From Vicugna vicugna (taxonomy: Eukaryota): a stretch of 64,000 nucleotides of DNA. Shown here piece by piece: positions 51,339-63,494 of the stretch. A model generated the notes under the pieces. That model searched no databases, was not told the origin of the DNA, and saw only the letters and a program-made list of their open reading frames with translations. Each line of letters opens with the position of its first letter. Position 1 is the first letter of the stretch. The DNA is taken from NCBI GenBank assembly GCA_013265495.1, contig MU058384.1, positions 2,357,690 through 2,421,689 on the forward strand. The letters are read 5' to 3'. A program made the position numbers and the translations under genes.

Positions 51339-52899
51339 TTAAATTATAGGTATTTTAACCTGGTTAGCGAGAGTAGCTTGATTAGATGGTAATAGGCAAG
51401 AAGTATCATTGATCATTTATGAATTTTGCACATTCTTCTATCATATAATTTATCACATTGTATTATAGTTATTTATTTACCCACTTACCTTTTGCATTGT
51501 CTTTTTTCCCTGACATAATACACCTAACAAAATGCTCATCTATGTTATACTGATATACATATCTATATCTATATATGTCACAGCAAAAAAAATTAATGAG
51601 TAGGTTAGAAGGATAGACTCTTAGAGTTAATTTAGCCCCACCTTTACAGGTAGGAACTGCTGTAGAGACCAGCTAGACAAGGCTACAGATGCAGCTGTGG
51701 TCATGTTCTCTTAACTTTCCAATTCAGAGTTCTTTGTGGCATATCAGATCATCTCTATATTAAAAGGTTTAACAATGATTATTCATTGAGTGCTGTGTAA
51801 CACGTGCAACCACGCCAAGCCCTGTGTACTAACCTATGTTCAGAGATCTTAACTCTCCACAGTGTAGAATTTCTCTCTCTGTGTGCAATTTAAAAAGTTG
51901 AATCTAACCCACAAGGAATATTTCTGCAGTTCACACATTGCGGGGAAGACCACTCAGGAAAGAATAAAGAATGACTCTGAGCCTCCGTGCGGAGGGTCAC
52001 ATGGTGCGATGGAAAAGGCTGAGCCAGGTGGTTTGACTTTGATATTGACGCTGCCACTACTTAGTTGGGCAAATCACCATCTCTGAATCGGTCTCCTCAG
52101 CGAGATATGCTTTGAGGTTTTTTCCAGTTCTCTTCTAAGAATTAATATCCTTGTTTGTCATTCCACATGCAGGTTTTTTTTCCCCCATCCCAACCAGCTT
52201 CTGGCTTAGGATCTCTTGGGTCTCTCTGTGATCATAGCAACTAGTACAGCGACTTCCACATGGTAGGGAACTTATTAACCAGGCCCTGCTGGTGATACTG
52301 GAAGATGAGAAAAGAGCTAGGCTATTCTGAGCCACGTGTTGAAAGCCAGAAGACACAGAGCATCCATAGCAGGTAGCAAGGGCTGCAGCAGGCACCCCAG
52401 GACACAGACAGACAGATAAACTGGTTCTGTGAGTCAGTTTCCTGTATCCTGTGGAGTCAAAAGGAAGACCTGCACACAGCAACAGGCCTTGGGAACAATG
52501 GTCACTTCCTGTGACCAGGAGGCTTGAGAGTCTCAGAGGGTCGGGGGGCCGCTGGCGGTTCAGACAGCACTTTCAGGCAGGGTGCTCCTGAGGCCACGTC
52601 TGTAGACTGTTTCTCTTCAGATCTGCAATAAAATTCCTTCTTTCGCCTTTCAACCTGTGTTAAAGGGTTTACAGTAAAGTAAACCTTGAACTTGCCAGAG
52701 TGAATTTAGCTTTCTAGAGGAGGGGGAGATGCGTAATGCTCTGATTAGGGCTGCAACAGTGTTAGAAATTCACATACTCCAATGTCAGCTTCAATATTTT
52801 AATCTTTGTTTCCTCATGTGAAAAACTGCCATGCCATGGAAGTGTGCCACCCTGCACGTTTTTATCCTCACACACAAATATAGTAATAGTAGTAGTAGT

Positions 52900-53007
52900 G
52901 GGGGGTGGGTAGAGCTCAGTGGTAGAGCGCATGTTTAACATGCACGAGGTCCTGGGTTCAATCCCCCGTACCACCATTAAAAAACAAACAATCTGAAAAA
53001 AAAAAAA
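52900..53007 (+). mobile_element. tRNA-Ala-derived SINE (vic-1-like)
   Basis: GGGTAGAGCTCAGTGGTAGAGCGCATGTTTAACATGCACGAGGTCCTGGGTTCAATCCCCCGTACCACCA + poly-A, flanked on both sides by (AGT)n. Confidence 0.9.
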
Positions 53008-53289
53008 GTAGTAGTAGTAGTTTAGTCGTAGTAATAGTGATAGTCGACACTTCCATTGTGCTTTACTCTGTTTTGAGCACTTCACACATCCACGCGTTTA
53101 GGTAGACTCAGACAGCTGTGCACAGAATTTCACATCATAATGTTTAATGCTAATTCTGTACCAGTATAGGAGTTGTTCCAGATCAGGGGGGAGAAAAAAA
53201 AGAGTGCAACTAGGAACTGAATGCTGAAGTCAAAGAATAGTCCTGATAATTAATAGCAAACAGTTAAACCAAATCGAGTGATTTCTTTT

Positions 53290-53710
53290 TTGTGTTGTCG
53301 ATCACGTGAGGGGCTACATCGGCTGCAATGGAAAATGCTGACGGCTAAGACAAACAACTGGGCTTGCCCCGTGCTCCACCGCCCTGGACTGGACGGACAG
53401 CGACGGCTCACCCCCGGCTCCCCTCACTTTCCAAGATGATCCCGGCCCATTCTAGGGTGTGAAACAACGCGTGACAGATAGGGAGGTGTCAGCAGCTCAG
53501 CCCAGAAAGCTGGGGATTGGGCAGTGGCTTCCTGTAATCACAGGCGCTGGCTGACTGCCCCGCTCTCTGGCAGTGAGGGCCAGGGAGGTGGGCTGGGAGA
53601 CAGCTGTGCCTAGCGCTGCAGGCTGCACCGGCCCCTCCATGGAACTGCTTCACCATGTTCTGCCTGAAAGGTGAGGGGGCTTGGGGTCCACTCGGGCCGG
53701 AAAGTGGTAG
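53290..53710 (+). promoter_or_regulatory. NHSL1: CpG-enriched promoter/5'UTR of the NHSL1 MFCLK first exon
   Basis: About 20 CpGs in ~420 bp by eye against a CpG-poor background, with a CACGTG E-box near 53303; surrounds the MFCLK exon. Confidence 0.6.
53655..53670 (+). CDS. NHSL1: NHSL1 alternative first coding exon (MFCLK isoform): 5 codons + 1 nt, phase-1 donor
   Basis: CACC-ATG TTC TGC CTG AAA G|GTGAGG has a Kozak -3 A, a good donor and the same phase 1 as the MKKEG exon, and it sits in a CpG-enriched patch. I recall NHSL1 isoforms beginning MFCLKAVSNLDEESRW. Confidence 0.8.
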
Positions 53711-56378
53711 TTAGAAAAATGGTCATTTGGCCTCAGAGTCTAAATCACAGGGCTGGTTCTATTAGGATCAAAGTTTGGGGGAGTTTTGTTAAGTATGAAA
53801 GTGAAAAAGTCATTGTTCTTTTTTGGTTGCAAACAGGAAAAAAGACCTCCCGCTGGGGAGGTGGGATTTTCTTTCAGACAAAAAGATTTCTCTGTTTGGA
53901 TGTGTCTTGTACATGTTTTGTCAGAGACAAAAGTAATTAAAAGTTTAGAAACTTAATAATTTAAGTGGGAGTGGTTTACAGTAGTATGAGTCCTGTTAGA
54001 GATGTTTTCATGGGATGAGCTGCTTATGTAAAGGAGTAGAGTGAACAGAAAGGGGGAATGATTCTGTTGTTTTAAGCTTTAATGTGTGAATTCAGGAAAG
54101 AAATTAATTTCACCATGGAACACACTTCTCGTTCTCGCAATGTGTTTATTGATTATAGTACTTTGGGAAGTACTGGAAGATGATGGATATATGTAGTGAT
54201 TCCTTGATTAGTTGAGCATTTTCTCTTCTTAGGCAATCATTTTTTCTTCAACTCTATTTCTTCCAACTCTTGTCATAATGTAATTAATTTAGGCATTTGA
54301 GAGTGTGTTTTTCTATGAGATTGTTGGAATGGGGGAGTGAAAATGAATTCCCTTCTAACTGGGGTAGACTACTTTGTTCGTATCTTTCAGTGTATGTCAT
54401 TCTGTTGATGTGAAATTCCTGACAGCTTTTCAATTTTCGGAAATAAAGTGATCTCGGCTTGCTTTGCCGATGGCTCCTTTGTCCTCACTCTGTTACTAGG
54501 GTATAGACGAGGGTTCTCTAGTCTCAGCCTTTTCAGTTTTAACCCTAACCGGACACCTTAAAAACCACCAATGTCTTTAATATTAAACTTTGAGTTTGAG
54601 ATATTTATTTATATGGTTGGTACAAATTTGATAAAATTGATGGGGTAAAAACAGAAAAGAACATCACAGCTTTCTCCTCCTAAGAATTCAACTAATTCTT
54701 TCTCTAGAGTGTATCAAGTTGAAGTGGGTTTCTAAGGGGTTCGTTGGCTGAAATGAATTTGAATATTTTGGGAAAATAATTTTAGATAAAATGAGTTATA
54801 GGCTCTCATGATGCAGTTTCTCAAAGAATTTTCGGCTTGGGAAGAAGTGTAACTGTGAAAAGCCAAAATTTAGTATTATTGGACAAGGGTGTATGCTACC
54901 CTAGTGTAATTTCCACAGTCTAGTTGAAATCATTATGATCTAATGATAGCTTCCGGTTTAGGATTTTTAATTGAATGCAGGTGTGGAGTTGTTGCAGGGC
55001 ACGACTTCTGCTTCATCAATGTGTTTGCCTCCACCCATTCCCATAACAGCAATTCCATTTTATTAAAGAATCTATCAATTTCATGGACTCTAAGTTTCCG
55101 TGTTAACTTAGGAAATTTTTAGAGAGTCAAGTGAATGGCACGTGATGACAACTGAATGCTTTTATGCTGAAGTGTGTGTTCTAATCAGGAATCCACAATC
55201 CCCTTTAAAGCCCGCTTTCTGATCTCCCAGCAGCCAGCACAGCAGTTGACATTTGGCTCTCTTCCTGTGATTTATAGCCTCTTGGTTTACAGTAATGATT
55301 TTTAGGTTGCTCTTGTCCTGCATATGAGGCCAACTCATGATAAAGTCATTGTGAGTGAGATTAAATACAGGAATATTAAGGGCTACTTGAGAGCTTCGTG
55401 TTCTTACTATGTTTGTGTTTCCCTCTTGTTTTTTCAGAGGATTTCGTTAATTGGCCTGTTTCTGAGGCTACCTGAGGTCTTAGGAACTACTGAGTTAGTG
55501 GTTTCGATTAGTGTGGATGTTAGAGGAAACACGACTGCCCTTCTTTTGGGTCAAATCGTGTTCCCATGTATTTCTTTTGATTGTTGAAAGAAAACATATC
55601 AGACAGCCTCCCCCCTTGATGGAGGGCTTCCTTTTCTCCATTTATACTGTCTTTTCTGAAGTCATGTCTACTCAGCTTTTGGTCAGTTTAGTGCTAGAGA
55701 AAGTTCCTTCCTGGAAGAGAGATGTCATCTTCGTCACTGCTGTTGGCTGTAATAGCTCACACAGTTACAGTCTCGCTGTACTATCGCCATGGAAATAGTT
55801 CCGATACATTCACTCCGCCCAGGTGTGTTTCGTGTGAGCGACGTCTAAGCTCCCAGGCTGTGGGAGGATGTTCCCTCCTGTTCCGCCAGGGTCCCTGTCA
55901 TTCCCTAAGTCATGGTGTGTTGTCCCTTCACTGTGTTATCAGTGGCCTGGGAAGTGAGCGTCCGGCTAATCAAATAATATGATTAACAGGAAACCCCAGG
56001 CATATACTGTATACCATTCATGGATTGCTTTATTTATAAAAATTAGAATAAAATATTTTTTCCTCTAAAGCTTCATGGAACATAGTTTAAGTTTCTCTGA
56101 GATGATCCAGAAAAATGCAGATTTCTTAATTACAGTGCACCAGCTTCATCTTTATAAATATTAATTATCTTTTCAGCGCATCTCTAACTGAGAAGACAGT
56201 TTTTTTCCTCTTAATTTCCAACCCATCACAGTTTGTGAAACAGAAAATCACGTGCTGTGGGATAGTGCCACGGTGTCAAACAGTTGTAGTGAAGTGCTCA
56301 AACACTTAATTTTGCTTCCTGTGGTAATCTTATTGTAGACTGGTCAGCAAAACATTGGCACTGGCTAGTGGGCAAATC

Positions 56379-56803
56379 TGCATTAGTTTCATAGCGCTGC
56401 TGTAACAAATTAACCCCTAAGCGAGTGGCTTAAAACAGAAACTTCTTCTCTCACAGTTCTGGAGGCAAGGTGTTGGCAGGCTCATGCTCCCTCTGATGTC
56501 TCTAGGGGAGAATCTTCCCTTGCCTCTTCCAGTTTCTGGTGGCCTCAGGTGTCTCATGGTGGGTGGTAGTACCTCTGTCTTCACATGGCCTTTTTCCCTT
56601 TGTGTCTCTCTGTGATTCTGTGTCACATGTTTTTTTTTTAAAAAAAACAAGGACACCTGTCGTTAGATTTAGGGCCCACCCTAATCCAGTATATGACCTC
56701 ATCTTAATGGATTACATCTGCAACGACTTTATTTCAAATAAAGTCACACTCTGAGGTTCCTAGTGAACATGGATTTTGGGAGGGACACTAGCCACCCCAT
56801 ATT
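56379..56803 (-). mobile_element. MLT1B/C-like solo LTR
   Basis: TGCATTAGTTTC...GCTGTAACAAAT...CTCACAGTTCTGGAGGC...TTAGGGCCCACCCTAATCCAGTATATGACCTCATC. Confidence 0.9.
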
Positions 56804-59404
56804 AGAATGGACCATGCACAAAGGCACGCTGACTGAGGGCCGCATTATAGGGGGTGCGTTTAATGGAGAACTGTAAGGGTGACTGTCCGGTGCACCTGCT
56901 TTGATGATGAGTTGGAAACGTGGAGCATTGCAAACTTAAGACAAGTTTGTAGGTGTAGGTAGAAGGGTTGACTGTTCACCCACTCTGGTCAGTCATGCAA
57001 AAGAAAATTCCGCCTTTTATTTCCTATAAATGATCCAGTTTCCTTCATGAACTCTGATCCTACTGAGGAGGGGAAAAACAAAATTGAATTTAGTTCACTG
57101 CAGTCAACTCAGTGTGAGCCAAAAATTTAAACAGTTGCGTTAGATAGCTCGGTCTGTTGGATGACTCAGTCTCTTAGCGTTTTCCTATTATCTCCTTCTC
57201 TCCAGAGTGGATTCTGTTGCTAAGTTTCTCCCTTACTAATATAACAGAAGTGATGTGTGCTAAATTGTGTACTTTTGAATCATTGGCTCGATCATTACAT
57301 AATTTTTAAAACATTAAAGCAGGAGACTTCTGTGGAGTTGAGTTTAAAAACAAGGTTTTATTTTAAAAATGTCCTCGCTCTTAATATGGAAAGGATTAAT
57401 ACACAGAGCTTTCTGTGCTCTGAGAATAATTTCAGTATGTTTCATGACCATCATGGGTCTGAAGTTTCTGAATTTAATGTTGGAAGTTTACCTGATCACC
57501 ATTCTCTCCAGGGATTTAAACCTGGCTTTGGTGTTGGACTGGATTCTTTCCCTCTCTCTTATTCTGTGTTGTCCAAGATCTAGAAATCAAGTTTCATGGA
57601 CTGGGAAAGTGGTGCATTGTGCAGAGTGGGTGTATCTCAGCTGCCTGCATACTCAGCATGGTGGGGTCCTGTCTATTTCCTTTCCTGCTTCACAAGTTAC
57701 AGATTTAGGAAAGCCTTTAGGTTGTCTAATAATAGCAGAGTTATGTTGGAGATTACAGCTATGAACTATGTCAAGCATGTCCTTCTCCTCCCAGGAGGGC
57801 AGTTCATCCTAGAGACTCAGCTCTGTCCTTCCTCCTCGTGCGCCCTGGAACCGATCACAGGCCTCTTGCCAGTTGTCTCGTGTATGTTGTGCATGTAAAA
57901 GAATTCCTTAGATTCTTTTCTTGGCAGCATTTGGAAAATAATGTCTGGAATCAGAAACAGATTTGTTATTTCTGTGCTGAAACAAGTGCATTTTTCAAGT
58001 TAGCTAGCAGGCAACCATTTGCTCTGGAAGGTTCCCCACCCTTTCTTCAATCCAGTAATAAACTGTCAAGTAAGCCAAGTTTATGCTATTTTACTGTTCG
58101 ATTCTGAGCATCATTTTAAGAGATTTGAACAATCAAAATGCAAAGTGACCCTGGGGATGTTGCATCTGTGTGAGTCTGGGCATTTTATTATCATACAATC
58201 AGATTCTGAATTTTAGTTAAATTAGCAGCCGCCTTTAGAACCATAGTCCTGCAAGTCTCCCCTATTCTTTCCCCCTCCTTTCATCTAAAAATTGCATATA
58301 ATTGCTATCCAATATCCTACAGTTACCAAGGGGAATTCACATTTGCTCAATCTGCAATTTAAAGTAGCACTTTTAATAAACGCACTGGTGATATCATGCA
58401 TTTTTCAAACTGGCGGGCAAAGCCCTTGAAATTTAATAAACCAAACAAAGCTGGCTCTTTATTTCCTTTGTCTCTCTCTTGAAAACTTTATCATGCTTTC
58501 CAGTTCTCTTTCTTCCTTCCACTACTAATCAAAATCTTGCTTTTAAATATGTTGCAGTGGAAACCAGATCACCACACTGAATAGATGATCTAATAAAAAC
58601 TAGGAGATGCTATCCTTCAGGAATGAAAGAGCAGTTAACAGAGCTTTGCTGCCTGAAGCGCACAGAGCTGGGGGTCAGGTTGTCTGTGGAGCATGCTCTG
58701 TGCAAGAACAGTGCTCTGGGTAATTTGGTGGAACTGAATCAGATGACTCGAATTCCCAAAAGCATTGGCAAAGGTTTCCGTTAAATTCCCCATTTGAATA
58801 TCCCATTTTTACCTATTGTTTTATTTGCTCATTTCCGCGTCTCTCTTTTCCAGTGTTTTTCCTTTCCTCCTCTGATTGCCCGTTGGGGGAGCTCTGTTAT
58901 ACCTAAGAAGCATTGAACTCCCTCTAGTTGCAAAGGTGTAATTGGTAATTTGCACACACGTTAGTAAAGGTGATAGTAGATGAAAGCAAATGGGCCAGTG
59001 TGATAAAGGCGATTTACCTCTCAGGACGTCCTGTCACCACCGTCAGCCAGGCACAGAGGTTTGCAGGGGTATGTATTTTTCTATTTTGAACATCAGAAGA
59101 AAATTCTGCTGAAACAACCTAAAGGTCTTTAAGCAATTAATAGCTTTTACATGATTAAACGCATTGGGAATGCAGGGTAGGAAGATGGAGATTCTTTTTT
59201 TTTCTTCCATCTTTCAGTTTAATTATGTAGAATTGTTATAATTTGACTGCACATATATTATATTGCATATAAATACATATACACAATATACTACACATTT
59301 TTAAAATTTTTTAAATTTATATGTATATATGTACTGTTCATTGTTTCTAAGAATGTTTAGAGCTTTAGCTTTTTAAACTTACATAATTATCAAAGCCAAC
59401 CACA

Positions 59405-59955
59405 AAAAAAGAACTAATTCAAAAAGATACACACACCCTGATACTAACAGCAACATCATTTATAATTGCCAAGATATGGAAGCATCCTAAGTGCACATCA
59501 ATAGATGAATGGATGAAGAAGATACAGCATATATATATATATACAATGGAATATAACTCACCCATAAGAAAGAAGGATATTTTGCCATTTGCAGCACTTC
59601 GTTCACTTTTTTTTCCCTACTTCAAAAAACAGAATTTTATAACTGGCGTAAACATTTCCATTGCATCAAAAAGAATAAAATACCTAGAAATAAACTTAAC
59701 CAAGGAGGTTATCTATTCTCTGAAAACTGTAGAACACTGGTGAAGGAAATTGAAGATGATACAAAGAAATGGAAAGATATCTCATGCTCTTGGATTGGAA
59801 GAGTCAACATTATCAAAATGGCTGCACTACCCAATGCAATCTACAGATCCAATGCAACCCCTGTCAAAGTACTCACAACACTTTTCACAGAACTAGAGCA
59901 AACAATTCCAAAATTTATATGAAACCATAAAAGACCCCGATTGCCAAAGCAATCT
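59405..59955 (+). mobile_element. LINE-1 ORF2 fragments (two non-collinear pieces)
   Basis: 59405-59597 encodes IAKIWKHPKCTSIDEWMKK...[17 protein letters not shown] (ORF2 C-terminus). 59657-59955 encodes [12 protein letters not shown] and [26 protein letters not shown] (ORF2 region after RT). Confidence 0.9.
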
Positions 59956-59989
59956 TTTTTAGGTCTTTTTTTTTTTTTCTCTCTCTCTT

Positions 59990-60095
59990 CTTTTATGATT
60001 TGATGACTAGAGAAGTTCCTTTAACATTTGTTGTAAAGCTGGTTTGGTGGTTTGAATTCTTTTAGTTTTTGTTTATCTGTGAAGCTTTTGATTTC
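59990..60095 (-). mobile_element. LINE-1 antisense fragment (ORF1-end/inter-ORF region)
   Basis: AGAGAAGTTCCTTTAACATTTGTTGTAAAGCTGGTTTGGTGG...AATTCTTTTAGTTTTTGTTTATCTGTGAAGCTTTTGATTTCT, a recognisable antisense L1 segment. Confidence 0.7.
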
Positions 60096-61137
60096 TAGGA
60101 AGATGGAGATTCTTAAATTGCAAAATGTCCATTGTTTTATGAAACCGTATGTGGCAATTGCATTTGAAATTAAGAGGTCTTCATTGACAGGCAGCAGTAT
60201 AATGACAAACTATGTGGTATCATGTTTGCAATGTTCATCCTCCATCTGCTGATTATGTCATATTTATCAGGTTTTGTTAGCTTAGATTGGGTTTAGAATC
60301 TTTATTGTTGATATTGTCAAAATGGGGCTAACACTGAGAGCCATTGAGACAAAAGGCCTCGTGGACTTGACCGAGGGCTTAATTAGGGTGGTGGGGTGGG
60401 GGGGTCTTGCACAATAAGAAAAATGTGAGTGCTCTTTGCCATTTCTTCACTGGAATGTCTTCTTATAACAAAAAGTTATAAATAGCATAAACTGAGCTTT
60501 AGGAACCATGAGTTGAAATGTAGTGTAAGTGAATTTACAGTTAAGTGGAGAATGGTTTTCAGAAGTCAGATTATATATTACATGTTTGTTCTTGAGAAGT
60601 TTGGCAAGACAGCATTTGCAAATAAAAGGAAAATCTCTCCTCTGATGACCATAAGAGGACATCTATGTTGTTCGTGGTTTTGTTTCACTGAGTGAAACTG
60701 GGCAAGCTTCGGAAACTTTTAGAATGAAAGCCGGGACACAGGCATCTCCCAAGTCGCTGATGCCCGGAGGAGTGAGGGCAGGATGTGCTGTCACTTGCCT
60801 CACAACTGTACTTAGGAGAGGAGGGTGGAGGGCATCCAGATTGGTTAAGGCAGCTTCGGGAGGAGGCAGGAGTCCAGGAGATTCCGGAGTTGGTAGAAGA
60901 TTGGCTGGGGAAACTAAGAAGTTGAGAGCAGTGACTTTTCTGCTTTCAAACAGAAAAGATTCCTCAGCAAACGAAAAGGGAGCCGCAGAAGATGCCTGTG
61001 AGGTGTTGTGGCAAGAGAAAGCAAAGCATGTGGAAGCACCCAGCCCTGGATGGTACCCCGTCTCTCCTTCCTTAGCCGTGTCTTACAAGCCTGGAGTTTT
61101 TGCTTTATCCACACCCTTTCCTAATTTTAAGAAGACA

Positions 61138-61285
61138 GGGAATGGGGGTATAGCTCAGTGGTAGAGTGCATGCTTAGCATGCATGAGATCTTGGGCTCAA
61201 TTCTGAGACCTCCATTAAAAAATAATAATAATAAAATAATAATAAAATAAAAAATAATAATAATAAAATAAAACTAGGGGGGAAA
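61138..61285 (+). mobile_element. tRNA-Ala-derived SINE (vic-1-like) with (AAT)n tail
   Basis: GGGGGTATAGCTCAGTGGTAGAGTGCATGCTTAGCATGCATGAG... with a degenerate B box and an (AAT/AAAAT)n tail at ~61217-61272. Confidence 0.88.
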
Positions 61286-63494
61286 AAGAGGACAAAGGAC
61301 ACTCTGGTCCCTTCTTTTCTGCTAGAAAATTATTGCTGTAACAGAATCCTGGTCTTATGTGCAAAAAGACCAGTATTATCCCAAGGTGATATCTAGATTC
61401 ATCCAAAATTTACTGATATTCTGAAATACCTCTGAGGTTCATCACATCAGATCAAAATACCTTGATAGAATTTGGGGTGTAAGTATTTATTTACTTATCA
61501 GATTTTGATGGGCTCTGATTATGTGCCAAGCACCTTCCACTCCAGGAGAGCCTTCCATCTCCCATGCTTCTGGACTTCTCCCAGGCCTGGGTCTCCTCGG
61601 CACTCAAGAGATTTCCAGCTGTTTTCCTGTCCTCTCAAAGGGGGCTCCTGCTTGTGCCTGCTTTTGGTGGCAAGGAGTTCCTCTTTCCCCAAGATACTGA
61701 CTTTGAAAACAAAGGAAAGACAGAGAATTTTCAAAGGGTTTCCCTGCTAATGATGACCCAGATAACAAAGCATTAACAGGTGAGTGAAGACGATTCAAGA
61801 AATCTCAGCTCTGTCCATTGATACTATAAGCTTGAGTAAAGATCTCCCTAGCTGTGAGAGTAGCTTCTCCTGGACAAAATATTGAGGATTAAGTAACAAC
61901 TTACATAAGATGCTGGACATTTTCCCACAAGCATTTAGTGATATTATTTAAATTTGACCTCTCAAAGTGCATCATAGAGTTACTGATTAGATTTACCTTG
62001 GGCTTGTGAAAGTGAAGGGGAATGTGTACCATAATTTGTGAATATGGTGTGACTGAAAAAGGCAGATATACTTCTGGGTTTTCATTGCAACATATTTACA
62101 CCAACTTTTGTAAAGTTTTCTGGAATCACAGTTGTATAAATACATCCAGATGAATACAGAGTATCATAAATCACACATACTGGCAAATGAGTATTGTAGC
62201 AACACAAATATTTTGGAAGCCCAGGAAGCCAGGGAGAGCATCTGGACACGGTTCTAAGTGCTCCAGCGGAAGTGTTTGCTCCCACAGCAATTGAGACGAA
62301 ACTTTTCCTTTTTGGAAATATTTCCTGGCACAACAAGTACTTAATGAAAATTTAAAACAAGATTTGGACTGCTTCTATGGTGCCTTTTATAAAATTGCTT
62401 TGTATTTAAAAAAAGAAATCTCCATGTCTTGATGAGAGGAATGGGTGGATGGGTAGCTTTATCCTTCATAGATAGAAATGTCCTCATTTCATGTTGACTG
62501 TTGAGGAATGGTAACAAGGGCTCCTTAACCTTTGGGGTATTTCGCTTTTCACTCTATTTTGTCTTCTGTTGGTAATTGGCAGCTCATCTTCCACCTCAGA
62601 GAGAACAGATTAGTGAGTGTAAGTTGTCCAACTGAATGGTCCATAAATTACAAGGGAAGTAAGAAAAAGTAGCATCCTTGAAAGGTGACACTGATGTCCA
62701 TCCTCCCAAAATGCAGAGTCCATAAACGCCGAAAGGGTTGAATGCAGATGAGTGAATGTTTGATGGCTTTCAGCGTGATTTAAAACAAACATTAGTTTGA
62801 TATTTGCCGTCACTTTAGATTTGAGATTATAAGACTAGGACAGGAACAGGCTTCTCTTCAGTCACCCACTGAGAACATCGAACTGCCTTTTCTGTTTCCC
62901 ATAGAAAGTTAACATTCGTATGGCAGATATTATATAGATCTTTGTTTATATGCTTTTTGGCTTATGATAGTAAATTTGGCTGAAAATGACTTTGTCTTAA
63001 TTACGCCCCGCCTCTCATTCACCTTCACGAAATTGTTGAATAGATCCATTGTTGGCTTGTTATCTGCAAAAGATAAAGTGTCTGTGAGCTGAGGGGAAAA
63101 CAGGAGCCCCCATAATAGATGAGATTCCTCTGGCACATGACACGCCAAAGTTCACCCAGACTGCTGTTTTGGACAGTGTGTGACTAGATTTTCTTTAATT
63201 TTCCCTTTCCCCCATTTCGATATTGGAAAGTGACCCTCGTGCTCCGTGCATGGGGAGCAGCTACCTTTCTCTGTCTCCCGCTGGGTACCGGCCCCCAGCA
63301 GCTCTGTGTGATGTCAGAAATTAGGTCCGACTGGATGGATGCCCCGTAGGGAAACGGGAGAACTGGCTTCTTTCTGCCAGAGTGTTGTTTCCCTCTCTGC
63401 ACAACAAGAATTCTTGCTTTAATTCTAAGATAATTCTCTGGTAGGTGTTAAGAGTCCTTTGCTGCTTTCCAGTAAGGGAATCTAGTGTTTGTGA

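Noticed and set aside
52900..52976. Functional tRNA gene (anticodon reads AAC, ends ACCA)
   Set aside because: Acceptor and anticodon stems are mispaired, it has a poly-A tail and flanking duplication, and three sibling copies are present. It is a SINE, not a tRNA.
59513..59922. ORFs with real protein similarity
   Set aside because: L1 ORF2 debris, not a host gene.
60385..60405. G-quadruplex-like G runs (also ~45780-45810)
   Set aside because: Common low-complexity intronic tracts with no context suggesting function.
60724..61164. 146-aa plus-strand ORF
   Set aside because: No recognisable homology, runs into a SINE, and the purine-rich composition explains the lack of stops.
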